The notes under the pieces were generated by a model that had not been told where the DNA came from, ran no database searches, and saw only the letters and a program-made list of their open reading frames with translations. DNA of 38,199 bases from a virus (lineage: Duplodnaviria; Caudoviricetes), in IMG/VR virus record IMGVR_UViG_3300037458_000574, positions 1-38,199 of that record; one strand, written 5' to 3'. Below are positions 1 through 8,739 of this stretch, piece by piece (within the stretch, counting starts at the first letter, position 1; each line of letters starts with the position of its first letter). The position numbers were made by a program, and so were the translations under genes.

Positions 1-1449
1 ATTGACGGCTCCGCGAAGACAATGACCGTTACCTCGGCGGTGGACATGCTAGAGCTTTATGACACCGTGCAAGACTGGTCGGAAGACAACATCGAATATG
101 ATGTCCCGATTGTCAAAACCACGGCAACGCTTTTCGAGATGGCGACGGACTGGGAGCTTATTAACGAGGCGGCCTTCGACCTCACGGGCTACACCCTCGC
201 CGGGAACTTCGATTTAATTGACACTGGCGTAACGGGCGGCGCGCTGGACGGCTACATCAAAATTGACCTCACCATCGGCGGCACTTGTACCGCGACCGTT
301 TCCGGCACGGTGGATTACACGGAGGAAGGGACATACGATTGCCGAGGGCATGTATTTGTTGGAACGATTGAGCTTGTCAATTCTTCCGGCGGCGATGTTA
401 CCGTAAAAATTCCAATCGGCACGAGCTACACCAACACAGGCCCCGATATCACCGTCGAGGAATCCGCCGCGATTACGATCGCGAACGCGAACATTGAAGA
501 TGATAGCCGGGTGCAAATTTATAACGTTACGCAAGACACTGAACTTGATAACTCCGAAGTCTCGGGCGGCGCGGGTTATTCCCTCGCCGCGACGGTTGGC
601 GCGGGCCAGGGAATTGAGGTTGGCGACACCATCCGCATCCGGGCGACGTTCGCCGACGGGGCGGACTACCGCGAAAACTACGAAGAGTTTGCCGTCGCCA
701 CAACGTCCAACATCACTTTTATCGGAACGCAAACCGCCTGGACCCACGCGAACTTCCTATCGGTAGACGGTTCGGCGCAAACTGAATTTTCGACGGATTT
801 CGCGAACGTCGAGGTGGACACGGACGCGAGCGGGAACTTGTTTGATGTGGCCGACATGATAGGCTGGATAATCTACACGCAGACCACCGAAGACGGAATA
901 CGATACTGGTACGGTGCGCTCACCTCCACGGACGCCGCGAACTGGAAGATCGCCACGGCCCAGGTTGACCTATATATTGACAATGTCAACGCCGCCACGG
1001 CGACCCAGGGAGATACGGTTATCCTCATGCGGGATGATTCAGTTTATCCCCAGGTAGTCCCCACTTCGGGGGGCGGTGGAATTGGAATGATTCAAAGCGG
1101 GCTTGTCTTCCCTTATAGCGGCGGAGGGGGTTCCACTCCGTCGGAGGTCGCGGAGGCGGTATGGAATGAGACGATCGCGGGGAAAACGACGGCGGCTAAC
1201 ATGCTCGATTCAGTTTATTCCGTTGATGTGGCGAACGAGATTGATTCCGCATTCCAGGCCCCCGGAAAAATTGACGGCGTTGCTTCACGCGATGAGGCCC
1301 TTCACCTGGCGGCGGCGGGGACTGGCGCGAAAACGTCCGGCATGGAAACGACAACCCCGAAAATCAGGAGCTTGGCAGATGACCGCGACCTGGTGGCTGG
1401 GACTGTGGACGCAAACGGAAACAGGACGGCGATCACGCTGGATTTGTAG
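1..1449 (+). CDS. Tail fiber/receptor-binding-like virion protein, C-terminal part (5'-truncated by the window)
   Basis: Frame +1 is open from base 1 (IDGSAKT-MTVT...). T/G/D-rich, beta-strand-like composition; C-terminal PSEVAEAVWNE...DANGNRTAITLDL motif typical of phage virion proteins. Confidence 0.65.
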   Translation: MDGSAKTMTVTSAVDMLELYDTVQDWSEDNIEYDVPIVKTTATLFEMATDWELINEAAFDLTGYTLAGNFDLIDTGVTGGALDGYIKIDLTIGGTCTATVSGTVDYTEEGTYDCRGHVFVGTIELVNSSGGDVTVKIPIGTSYTNTGPDITVEESAAITIANANIEDDSRVQIYNVTQDTELDNSEVSGGAGYSLAATVGAGQGIEVGDTIRIRATFADGADYRENYEEFAVATTSNITFIGTQTAWTHANFLSVDGSAQTEFSTDFANVEVDTDASGNLFDVADMIGWIIYTQTTEDGIRYWYGALTSTDAANWKIATAQVDLYIDNVNAATATQGDTVILMRDDSVYPQVVPTSGGGGIGMIQSGLVFPYSGGGGSTPSEVAEAVWNETIAGKTTAANMLDSVYSVDVANEIDSAFQAPGKIDGVASRDEALHLAAAGTGAKTSGMETTTPKIRSLADDRDLVAGTVDANGNRTAITLDL

Positions 1450-1456
1450 GTTTTTT

Positions 1457-1696
1457 GTTGTGTGCTAATAGTGTGCAACTGAAAGCAAAACGGAGCAAAT
1501 AAAGCATATAACAAACAATCAGGCTTTTACCACCGCTTCAAACATCTAACCTTAGCGATTCCGAAACCTATTTATTATCAAGCATTATGCCCATTGTGCG
1601 CGGGGGGGGACTTGAACCCCCATGGGTTGCCCCATACGCCCCTCAAGCGTGATTTCTCGACGTAAAATCAACGGGTTGTGTGCTCCGCGTGCGCAA
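1457..1696. repeat. attP arm-type repeats GTTGTGTGCT-N4-GTGYGCAA (1457-1478 and 1675-1696)
   Basis: Two direct copies flank the tRNA-derived core, one on each side. Each copy holds two GTGYGC-like units, as expected for tyrosine-integrase arm sites. Confidence 0.65.
1597..1651 (-). other. attP core: 3' portion of tRNA-Leu(GAG)
   Basis: Minus strand reads cACGC-TTGAGGG-GCGT (anticodon arm, GAG), ATGGG-GCAA-CCCAT (long variable arm), GGGGG-TTCAAGT-CCCCC (T arm), CCCGCGC-A (acceptor 3' strand and discriminator). No D arm or 5' acceptor strand. Lies next to the integrase 3' end. Confidence 0.9.
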
Positions 1697-2654
1697 AGTC
1701 TAGGGAAAGTATGGCGTTTCCTTTGACCTGGGTTAGGTGCTGATACACCCCCATCGAAGCGACCGACGCCCACCCGCCCAACCGCTGAACCGCGAAAAAG
1801 TCATTGGTCTGCTCCATCATCCGGGTGGCCCAGGTATGCCGGAAGTCGTGCCAGCGGACGCGCCCAAGGCCCGCCTTGGCCCTCGCCGCCCTGATTCCCC
1901 ATTGCAGGGTATTCACGGTCATGGGGAAGGCGGGCCCCGCGGCCTGGGGCGGCCCGAGGGCTTCCCTGGCCCTTGGGTGGAGCGGGACAACCCTTTCCGT
2001 GTTGGTCTTTTTGGCCCGGACCCGCGCCCCGTGCGGCCCGATATCCTCCCACCGGAGGGCGACAAGCTCCCCAAGCCTGACCCCGGTGTATAACGCGAAG
2101 GTGGCGGCGCGCCGGGGGGCTTCCGGCATTGCGGCCAAAAGTGCCTTAATTTCGTCATTTGACAGCACCCGGCCCACGGGGGCCCCGCGGGGGAGCTTGA
2201 TTCCCCGGCACGGGTTGGCCGGAACCTTCGCCCAGTGAAAGAACGCCCTGGCCGCCCGAAGTTTCATGCGGACGGTGTGGGGGCCATACCGGGCCTCCAA
2301 GCCCTCCCGCCATGATTCGATCATGGGCGCGGTGATTCGCCCAACATCCACATGCCCCACCCTCCGGGCGAGGTCTGACAGGGCCGGACGGTCGAAATGC
2401 TCCACCGTGTTCTTCGCCTTCCAGCCGGCGCATTCCTTTATATACCGCTCCGCCGCCTGGGCGAATGTTTCAGTGGATGGGAGGGTTAGCCCATAGGGGA
2501 GCCCAGCCAGTTCCGACCGCTTCCGGGCCGCGAACTCATCGGCCATTGCCCGCGTTGGGAAGGAGGCCGAGCGGTGGACGCCGCCCTCCCGCCAATGTAC
2601 CTTATATGTCCGCCGGCGCGTCCCTTTGTAGACGGTGAGCCAGACCGAGGCCAT
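1668..2654 (-). CDS. int: Tyrosine recombinase (phage integrase)
   Basis: Catalytic motifs YTGVRLGEL (R), KKT (K), WHDFRHT (HxxR), LGGW (W) and VYQH (Y); N-terminal arm-binding-like segment; adjacent attP. Confidence 0.95.
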   Translation of the reverse strand: MASVWLTVYKGTRRRTYKVHWREGGVHRSASFPTRAMADEFAARKRSELAGLPYGLTLPSTETFAQAAERYIKECAGWKAKNTVEHFDRPALSDLARRVGHVDVGRITAPMIESWREGLEARYGPHTVRMKLRAARAFFHWAKVPANPCRGIKLPRGAPVGRVLSNDEIKALLAAMPEAPRRAATFALYTGVRLGELVALRWEDIGPHGARVRAKKTNTERVVPLHPRAREALGPPQAAGPAFPMTVNTLQWGIRAARAKAGLGRVRWHDFRHTWATRMMEQTNDFFAVQRLGGWASVASMGVYQHLTQVKGNAILSLDFAHAEHTTR

Positions 2655-2657
2655 CCT

Positions 2658-3098
2658 TTAGGATTTTGTCGCCGTGAGTGAATTTGTCCCGCTACAGGTT
2701 AAAGACCCCGCCGTCATTGACCACGCAAAGCTTCCCGTCCCTTCCGTGTTAGACGATAATCCAAAAGAAACAATGTCTGCTTCAATCCATCCATTATTGA
2801 GATAAGTGGCCGTCATGCTGATGACATTGTTTGAAAACGTGCCCGTGTATGTTATTCCATTCGTTTCCGCGCTAATGTTGGAGCCGACGCGGGCGACAAT
2901 AAATGTACCGCCGACGGAGGCCATGGGATTGGAACCAAATCCGCACGTTCCAGGGTTATAAGTCAAGGCCGTCCCTGAATAGACCCACGCGCCGTTAGGT
3001 TCATAGACGGTAGGCGAGGGGTTAGTTATTGGGTTATCGCTGTCTTTTGAACATCCCAACAAAAGCACGGCAAGAAACAAGGCGGGGAATAATCTCAT
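2658..3098 (-). CDS. Lipoprotein, possible superinfection exclusion / lysogenic conversion
   Basis: Signal peptide MRLFPALFLAVLLLG-C with lipobox; beta-rich mature part; lies between repressor and integrase on the same strand. Confidence 0.75.
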   Translation of the reverse strand: MRLFPALFLAVLLLGCSKDSDNPITNPSPTVYEPNGAWVYSGTALTYNPGTCGFGSNPMASVGGTFIVARVGSNISAETNGITYTGTFSNNVISMTATYLNNGWIEADIVSFGLSSNTEGTGSFAWSMTAGSLTCSGTNSLTATKS

Positions 3099-3355
3099 TT
3101 TTTAATCTCCTTTTTTTTTATCGTCGGAGAACTTTCCGCGACCCTTAACACTTCGTGGGCTCCGTGCCTATATTCTACACCCGTTTCATGTTGGGCGAGC
3201 CATTCTTCAAGAATTATTTCCATCTGGACAGAATAATCGCGCCGCTCTTTCTTGCAATATGCCCTGAACCGTTCCACTATTTGCGGATTCATACGCAAGC
3301 CCAACAAGACGTTTTTGCGTTCTTCCGTCGTAAAACACCCCCCCCAAAAAAACAT
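3095..3355 (-). CDS. Arc/Mnt-like ribbon-helix-helix regulator, probable immunity repressor (start uncertain)
   Basis: RKNVLLGLRMNPQIVERFRAYCKKERRDYSVQMEIILEEWL fits the RHH pattern; transcribed divergently from the early promoter. Confidence 0.65.
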   Translation of the reverse strand: MFFWGGCFTTEERKNVLLGLRMNPQIVERFRAYCKKERRDYSVQMEIILEEWLAQHETGVEYRHGAHEVLRVAESSPTIKKKEIKK

Positions 3356-3365
3356 AAAATTACCC

Positions 3366-3394
3366 TTGACAACTTCGGTTAACCATGGTATATT
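3366..3394 (+). promoter_or_regulatory. Sigma70-type early lytic promoter
   Basis: TTGACA (3366-3371), 17-bp spacer, TGn-TATATT (3389-3394). The spacer contains the overlapping palindromes GGTTAACC and CCATGG (candidate operator). Confidence 0.85.
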
Positions 3395-3596
3395 GATGAC
3401 AACAAGAGACCGCCACGGTCAACTTTATGGCGCAATCTCGTAACCTTGAACTTTAGCAGAAACGGGAAAACTATGAAACAGAGAAAACCCTTCCATGATG
3501 GCCCCGACCGATAAAAAAGCGGTGGGGCCTTTTGCTTTGGGGGCCGTGGCCCGGAACCTCGGAAGGGTTTTCCCACGGTCCCCAATAATTTCACAT

Positions 3597-3645
3597 AACC
3601 CCTGTGCCGAGGAAAACATTGCCCTCCGCACCGGGGTTTTTGTTT
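3597..3645 (+). terminator. Intrinsic terminator/attenuator in the early leader
   Basis: AACCCC-TGTGC-CGAGG / CCTC-CGCAC-CGGGGTT stem followed by a T-rich tract. Confidence 0.55.
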
Positions 3646-3748
3646 GGCGCAAGAGGTCCATAGAAAAAGGATACGGCGATTTTTTTTGTCCGTCAATTCC
3701 CCTATTGGGGAATAGTCCCCATAGGGGGAATCCCGTCGATGCTAGGCC

Positions 3749-4039
3749 ATGAAATACTTTGAGTTTTCAAGATTCCTAAGGAATCAGTTGGAGGCGCGGG
3801 AGCTTTCTGTGCGCCAGCTTTTCATGGCGTGCGATGAGGCGATACCCCTGCGCCGTTTTTACGATTGGCTGGAAGGCGTAAGAGTTCCGCAGGGATGGGA
3901 GCTTGCTCTTATTTCCCAACGGTTGGGAGTAACGGTTCCCTGGCGATATTTGCGCGGTGAAAATAAATTCGGAGAGCAAAAAAAAGCGTTTCCAGAACGG
4001 CAATTAACGCTCCCAGGTTTGCGGAATAAAAAGTCATGA
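3749..4039 (+). CDS. Cro/XRE-like HTH regulator
   Basis: LSVRQLF...IPLRRFYDWLEGVRVP...LALISQRLGV resembles an XRE HTH; first substantial gene after the early promoter. Confidence 0.65.
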   Translation: MKYFEFSRFLRNQLEARELSVRQLFMACDEAIPLRRFYDWLEGVRVPQGWELALISQRLGVTVPWRYLRGENKFGEQKKAFPERQLTLPGLRNKKS

Positions 4040-4221
4040 CGAAGCTACTGACCATCGAGGAAGTTGCCGGGGCTTTGAAGCTGAACAAATTTACGGTTCA
4101 CCGCATGGTAAACCGGGGGCGGTTGCCCCACGTGCGGATTGGGCGGTGCATCCGGGTTAAAGAAGATGTGCTGGCGCAGTTTGTCGAAGACATGACCGTA
4201 ACGGGAGGTAAAACACAATGA
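4036..4221 (+). CDS. xis: Excisionase-family (HTH_17) DNA-binding protein
   Basis: LLTIEEVAGALKLNKFTVHRMVNRGRLPHVRIGRCIRV motif. Confidence 0.85.
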   Translation: MTKLLTIEEVAGALKLNKFTVHRMVNRGRLPHVRIGRCIRVKEDVLAQFVEDMTVTGGKTQ

Positions 4222-4490
4222 GCGAGGAGCGCGTAGGGGTGTATGGAATCATTGACCTGATGAACAAAATCCACATGAACAAACCGTTGACCGAGGCGGA
4301 GGATATGGGGACGCAGTGGGACAATCTGGCTCGGCGCGGCATGTCGCTGAACGAGTGCGACCTGGCGGACGCCCTGCTGGATATGTATTGGTCGGCGCGA
4401 ACCACAGGTGGCGTTACGCTGGATTCAAACGCTTTCGCCAAAACACACAACATACTTCGGGAGCGCGGGCTCCTGGGCGGCGGGCGGTGA
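4218..4490 (+). CDS. Hypothetical protein
   Basis: GGAGG RBS; ATGA overlap with xis. Confidence 0.6.
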   Translation: MSEERVGVYGIIDLMNKIHMNKPLTEAEDMGTQWDNLARRGMSLNECDLADALLDMYWSARTTGGVTLDSNAFAKTHNILRERGLLGGGR

Positions 4491-4729
4491 TGGCCGTGGA
4501 CGGAATTCTTCATTATGACCGCTGGAAACTCGCAAGCCCGCCGGAGGGGGAATGGGGGACGTGCGATTGCGGGCACAGCGAGGAATATCACGACGAGGCC
4601 GAGGCGGAGGACGCGGAGACGGGAGAGATTCTTTCCCCGTGCGGTGTAAAGGGGTGTAAGTGTACAAACTACCAGGAGCGACAACATTATGAGCCCGACT
4701 TTTCGAGGGACTACGACGGTGAAAGATAG
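4490..4729 (+). CDS. Small acidic Cys/His zinc-finger-like protein
   Basis: CDCGHSEEYH...CGVKGCKC; TGATG coupling to the upstream gene. Confidence 0.6.
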   Translation: MAVDGILHYDRWKLASPPEGEWGTCDCGHSEEYHDEAEAEDAETGEILSPCGVKGCKCTNYQERQHYEPDFSRDYDGER

Positions 4730-4958
4730 GACGTGTCCAAATCACCCTTACAGGGAGGTGGCCTTCCGGGGCGACCTATGCAGTATTTGTCGGTCTTATC
4801 GCCGGGAACGGTTCTTCTCACGGACGCCGAGGTTTTGGCCGTGGGCTCTCGCTATCGGCGCGTTGATTCTTCTCTCAATGGCGGTCTCGATGGCACTGGC
4901 GGAGCATATCCATATTGAGATGTTGCGACTTGACCGGGCGGCGGCAGTATATGAGTGA
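4689..4958 (+). CDS. Small protein with a Zn-finger-like N-terminus and a TM helix (start probably GTG near 4719)
   Basis: CPNHP...CSIC followed by hydrophobic WPWALAIGALILLSMAVSMALA. Confidence 0.55.
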   Translation: MSPTFRGTTTVKDRTCPNHPYREVAFRGDLCSICRSYRRERFFSRTPRFWPWALAIGALILLSMAVSMALAEHIHIEMLRLDRAAAVYE

Positions 4959-5112
4959 GACTCCGGCGGTTTACGAAGCAAAGCCGCGACGGATTTGCCG
5001 TCGTCCACACTACAAGGCCGAGGTCATAGCCACGCGGAAAGCTTTCTTGTGGGCGGTGCTGACGCTGGCCGTGTCGCTTTTGGGGAATATCGTTTTGTTA
5101 CTCAAACACTAA
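4951..5112 (+). CDS. Small membrane protein
   Basis: MSETPAVY... with a C-terminal hydrophobic helix AFLWAVLTLAVSLLGNIVLLL. Confidence 0.5.
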   Translation: MSETPAVYEAKPRRICRRPHYKAEVIATRKAFLWAVLTLAVSLLGNIVLLLKH

Positions 5113-5126
5113 AAAGGAGAGAAGAA

Positions 5127-6026
5127 ATGGAAAACACAAATCAGTTGGCGGTGAGCCGGGGGTTTATGAACCCGGCGACCGTGAAAGAGGGGATGGAGTT
5201 GGCGGCGTGGATTGCCAAGAGCGACCTGGCCCCGCGCGACTACAAGGACAAGCCGCAAAACGTCCTTATAGCAATGCAGATGGGGCTTGAGGTTGGCCTC
5301 TCGCCGATGCAAGCGATCCAATCTATTTGTGTTGTAAATGGACGGCCAACGATATGGGGGGACGCCATGCTTGCCCTGGTTCAAAATCACCCGGCGTTCG
5401 AAAGCATAGACGAAAACGAGTCAACGGCGGAAAAAGGCGTGTGCGTGGTGAAGCGGCGCGGGATGGAACCTCAACGGCGGGAGTTTTCCGTTGAGGACGC
5501 GAAGAAGGCCGGATTATTCGGAAAGCAAGGCCCCTGGCAGACCGCCCCGGCGCGGATGCTGAAACTCCGGGCGCGGGCCTTCGCCCTCCGCGACACCTTC
5601 GCTGATGCTCTGCGGGGGCTTCAAGCCGCCGAAGAACAACGGGACGTGGTGGAAACAACAACGGTCGAAAAGCCTCCCGTCGAAATGCCGAAGCGGGCGA
5701 GTGAGACGGCTTTGCCCGCCGATCCCAAGCCGCACGAAATCGCAACGGAGGAAATTGCCCAGGCGATTACCAAGGCGCAAGCATCACCCCCGGCCCCTGG
5801 CGTGAAGTGCATCTCACTGGCCCAGGCGAAGAGGTTTTTCGCGATAGCCAAGGAAGCGGGGAAATCCACCGAAACGATCAAAGCTTACCTTCAATCCCTA
5901 GGCTTTAGCACGTCCCTGGAAATCCCGGTTGAGCGGTATGATGCGATTGTCGAATGGGCTGGCCGGACGGTGGACACAGCGACTGGCGAGGTTGTGGCGG
6001 ATGCTGGAACGGCGATTGAACCGTGA
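5127..6026 (+). CDS. recT: RecT/Red-beta-family single-strand annealing protein
   Basis: GLEVGLSPMQAIQSICVVNGRPTIWGDAMLALV...GPWQTAPARMLKLRARAFALRDTFADALRG; AGGAG RBS before ATG 5127. Confidence 0.85.
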   Translation: MENTNQLAVSRGFMNPATVKEGMELAAWIAKSDLAPRDYKDKPQNVLIAMQMGLEVGLSPMQAIQSICVVNGRPTIWGDAMLALVQNHPAFESIDENESTAEKGVCVVKRRGMEPQRREFSVEDAKKAGLFGKQGPWQTAPARMLKLRARAFALRDTFADALRGLQAAEEQRDVVETTTVEKPPVEMPKRASETALPADPKPHEIATEEIAQAITKAQASPPAPGVKCISLAQAKRFFAIAKEAGKSTETIKAYLQSLGFSTSLEIPVERYDAIVEWAGRTVDTATGEVVADAGTAIEP

Positions 6027-6622
6027 GCGAAGGAGAAGATGAGGACAAGTTTCGCTTTGAACCTGCCGATCATTCATATTGGATTGGTAAACGCCGCCTC
6101 GTTAGCGTATCAGAAGCTCTCAAGGCGGGAGGGCTCGCGGATTACTCGCGGGTCCCTCCCGCCGTTCTGGAGTGGGCGGCGGAACGCGGGCGGGCAGTTC
6201 ATGCGGCGACGCATTTCCTTGACGATGGGGATTTGGACGTTGAGACACTGGATGACGTGATTATGCCATACGTTGAGGCATGGCGCGGGTTCAAGGCCGC
6301 GACGAAGTTGGAAGTTTTCTTGAGAGAAGTGCCGGGATTTAATGAGGAACTAGGCTATGCCGGGACGCCGGATTGTATGGCAAAAATCAATGGGCGGTGG
6401 TGGCTGATTGACATAAAAACCTATGCGCCAAACGAAACGACTGGCGTCCAGCTGGCCGCGTATGCGCGTCTTAACTATATGCCTACCGTAGTTGAGATGC
6501 GCCGTGCAGGGGTATGGTTGAAGCCGAACGGGAAATACTTTCTTACTGAATACTATGGCAAGGATGACTGGCAACGGTTCCTGATTTGCTTGGAGAAGGC
6601 AAAAAAAACACACAAAGGATAG
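6023..6622 (+). CDS. PD-(D/E)XK (RecB/Cas4-like) exonuclease, RecT partner
   Basis: ERGRAVH, GYAGTPD, IDIKT and QLAAY motifs. Confidence 0.85.
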   Translation: MSEGEDEDKFRFEPADHSYWIGKRRLVSVSEALKAGGLADYSRVPPAVLEWAAERGRAVHAATHFLDDGDLDVETLDDVIMPYVEAWRGFKAATKLEVFLREVPGFNEELGYAGTPDCMAKINGRWWLIDIKTYAPNETTGVQLAAYARLNYMPTVVEMRRAGVWLKPNGKYFLTEYYGKDDWQRFLICLEKAKKTHKG

Positions 6623-6627
6623 GCAAA

Positions 6628-7191
6628 ATGAGCGTTGACATAGAAGCGAAGGCGGAAGAACTGACCAAGGAGATCGGCCCTGTTCTGGCCGTGGCGGGGG
6701 AGATTGTCGTTCGGGATGCTGAGACATACAAGGCCGCAGGTGAGACGTGGAAGGAGCTGACCGGGCTTGAGAATCGCATTACCGATTACTGGAAAACAGA
6801 TGTCGAGGCCGCGCGGAACCTCCACAAGTCTTTGGTGGCGAAGCGGGACGCTATGCTGGTCCCTGTTGGGGAGCGCAAGAACGCCCTGCGAATCGGGATG
6901 AAAGCGTTCGAGGACGACCAGGAGCGGGCGCGTCGGGCGGCGCAAGCGGCGGCGGAGGCCGTGGCGACTGGCCCGGTCGTCGTTGAATCCGCTATCCCGG
7001 CTGGCTTTGGCGCGGCGACACGGCGGACATGGGGGGCGGAGGTTTACGACAAGCTGGCCCTGGTGAAGGCCGTGGCGGAGGGGAAGGCCCCGCTGGAAGC
7101 GGTCGAAGCGGCGATGCCCGTGTTGAATGGCCTCGCCCGATCGCTCAAGGGTGCGCTCTCGGTTCCAGGCGTGAGGGCGGTGGAGCGGTGA
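6628..7191 (+). CDS. Coiled-coil phage protein of the recombination module
   Basis: Helical N-terminus, RRTW.AEV.D...IPGV-type C-terminus; follows RecT and the exonuclease. Confidence 0.6.
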   Translation: MSVDIEAKAEELTKEIGPVLAVAGEIVVRDAETYKAAGETWKELTGLENRITDYWKTDVEAARNLHKSLVAKRDAMLVPVGERKNALRIGMKAFEDDQERARRAAQAAAEAVATGPVVVESAIPAGFGAATRRTWGAEVYDKLALVKAVAEGKAPLEAVEAAMPVLNGLARSLKGALSVPGVRAVER

Positions 7192-7832
7192 ACATTGACG
7201 GTATTAAGCAAACAAAAAATCTTTGTTTGTGCGGTTGCGGTTGCCAAACCGACATCATAACCAAAACACAAAAACGTCTTGGGTGGATAATAGGAGAACA
7301 CAAAAAATTTATTCAAGGACACAGTGTTAGGATTTTTGGAAGGAAGGAACACGGAGATTGTGGTGATTATACAGCCACATCCGAATATAACGCATGGAAG
7401 AGCATGAGGCACAGATGTTTAAGAAAAACACATCCTCAATACGACCAATATGGAGGGCGTGGAATAAAAGTTTGCAACGAATGGGAGCGGTCATTCGTTA
7501 GTTTTCTGGGAGACATGGGAAGGAAGCCATTGCCGTCGTTTTCTTTGGACAGGATTGACAATGAAGGAAATTATGCGCCAGGTAATTGCCGATGGGCGAC
7601 GCCACGGCAACAAACATTAAACCGGAGAAACTTACGCGGTAAACTATCAAGATACAGGGGTGTTACGTTGAGAGGTAAATTGAAAAAATGGGTAGCCCAA
7701 ATTACTGTATCGGGCGTAACTACTTACCTTGGAACTTTTCCTAGCGAGAAAGACGCGGCGATCGCATATGACAAAGCGGCAATAATGGCATGGGGCAGAG
7801 ACGCAAGGACAAACTTAAATGGAAAACAGTGA
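7188..7832 (+). CDS. Free-standing HNH-AP2 homing endonuclease
   Basis: CLCGCG, YGGRGIKVC, SLDRIDNEGNYAPGNCRWAT (HNH), then SRYRGVT...WVAQI...YLGTF.SEKDAAIAYDKAA (AP2). AT-richer than its flanks; GTG start overlaps the upstream stop. Confidence 0.9.
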   Translation: MNIDGIKQTKNLCLCGCGCQTDIITKTQKRLGWIIGEHKKFIQGHSVRIFGRKEHGDCGDYTATSEYNAWKSMRHRCLRKTHPQYDQYGGRGIKVCNEWERSFVSFLGDMGRKPLPSFSLDRIDNEGNYAPGNCRWATPRQQTLNRRNLRGKLSRYRGVTLRGKLKKWVAQITVSGVTTYLGTFPSEKDAAIAYDKAAIMAWGRDARTNLNGKQ

Positions 7833-8121
7833 AATCGTTAAAGCTCTTGATGAACTACCAGACCTCGTGGCGGATTCCCTTTTGCGCTTCCGGGCGGCGA
7901 CGGTCGAAAAGGACAGGGTTTACGCCAAGGCATACCTTGAAATTAAGGCGCAGTCCGCTGGCGCAAAGGTTACCGTTGTGGAGATTGACGCCATGATTAA
8001 GGCGTCCGCCGAGTGGTATGCGGCGGCGATGGAAGAGGTCAAGGCGGAAAGCGAATGGACGCGGCACAGCGAGACGCTGATGGCCGCTAAAAAATCGGCA
8101 CAGATGAGAGGAGTATTTTGA
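7819..8121 (+). CDS. Hypothetical helical protein
   Basis: 100-aa ORF overlapping the end of the HNH gene; phage-like codon usage. Confidence 0.6.
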   Translation: MENSEIVKALDELPDLVADSLLRFRAATVEKDRVYAKAYLEIKAQSAGAKVTVVEIDAMIKASAEWYAAAMEEVKAESEWTRHSETLMAAKKSAQMRGVF

Positions 8122-8126
8122 TTTCA

Positions 8127-8216
8127 CCCCGCCCGCAAGTGTGCGCCTCCGTGGACCCGTTGAGACTCCTCCGGGTGTGGGGCGGCAGAGTGCCACGGCT
8201 ACTCGGCCAGGCGGGG
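8127..8216 (+). ncRNA. Candidate structured intergenic RNA (multi-stem)
   Basis: CCCCGCC/GGCGGGG closing stem enclosing CGCA/TGCG, CCGTGG/CCACGG and ACCCG/CGGGT. Confidence 0.45.
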
Positions 8217-8242
8217 GATTATTTGCAACAGGAGGCCGGGAA

Positions 8243-8506
8243 ATGAGCGGAGACATTATAGAGGCTGACGTATTTGCCGCGAGGGGTGCAGGCTATCGCT
8301 TTGGGTTTGCGGACGGGTTCAGGGCGGGCCGCGCATCGCGGGACTGCCTGCGGCGTTGCATTGACCACGCCCTTGAACTCGGGACAATGACGGACGATCA
8401 CGGGAAGCGAATGGAATGGGGAACGATCACGATTTACGGGCGACGGCTGGATATTGAGATGTTCCGCAAGGCGCGGGACGATGACGACAAGGAGGTAGGG
8501 AAATGA
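8243..8506 (+). CDS. Small protein, GRxSRDxLR family copy 1
   Basis: GGAGG RBS; GFRAGRASRDCLR...DDDDK. Confidence 0.7.
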   Translation: MSGDIIEADVFAARGAGYRFGFADGFRAGRASRDCLRRCIDHALELGTMTDDHGKRMEWGTITIYGRRLDIEMFRKARDDDDKEVGK

Positions 8507-8739
8507 GCGGAAAATATACGACAAACACTTTATCCCTCGGGGGCTATCTGTTAACTGAACGGGAAGCAAAATTATGTAGTTTGGCCTGGACGGAAGGCCG
8601 AGCCAGCCGGGACGGGTTGCGGAAGGTGTTATCCCATACGGTGGCCTGTGTAGATAAGAAAGAGCGTAATTATTGCGGCGTGCTTATCCCAATGATGCGA
8701 ACCGCCCTGGCCGAGGACGACAAGGGGGGCGGGAAATGA
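8503..8739 (+). CDS. Small protein, GRxSRDxLR family copy 2
   Basis: EGRASRDGLR...ALAEDDK; ATGA overlap. Confidence 0.7.
   Translation: MSGKYTTNTLSLGGYLLTEREAKLCSLAWTEGRASRDGLRKVLSHTVACVDKKERNYCGVLIPMMRTALAEDDKGGGK

Noticed and set aside
1-1449. Diversity-generating retroelement acting on tail fibers
   Set aside because: No reverse transcriptase, and I saw no template/variable repeat pair differing at adenines; not checked computationally.
1597-1651. Complete tRNA-Leu gene
   Set aside because: The D arm and 5' acceptor strand are absent; it is an attP core. The 1585-1773 ORF over it is likewise spurious.
6023-6622. Cas4 / CRISPR adaptation gene
   Set aside because: Lacks the four-Cys Fe-S cluster pattern and sits next to RecT, as an ordinary recombination exonuclease would.
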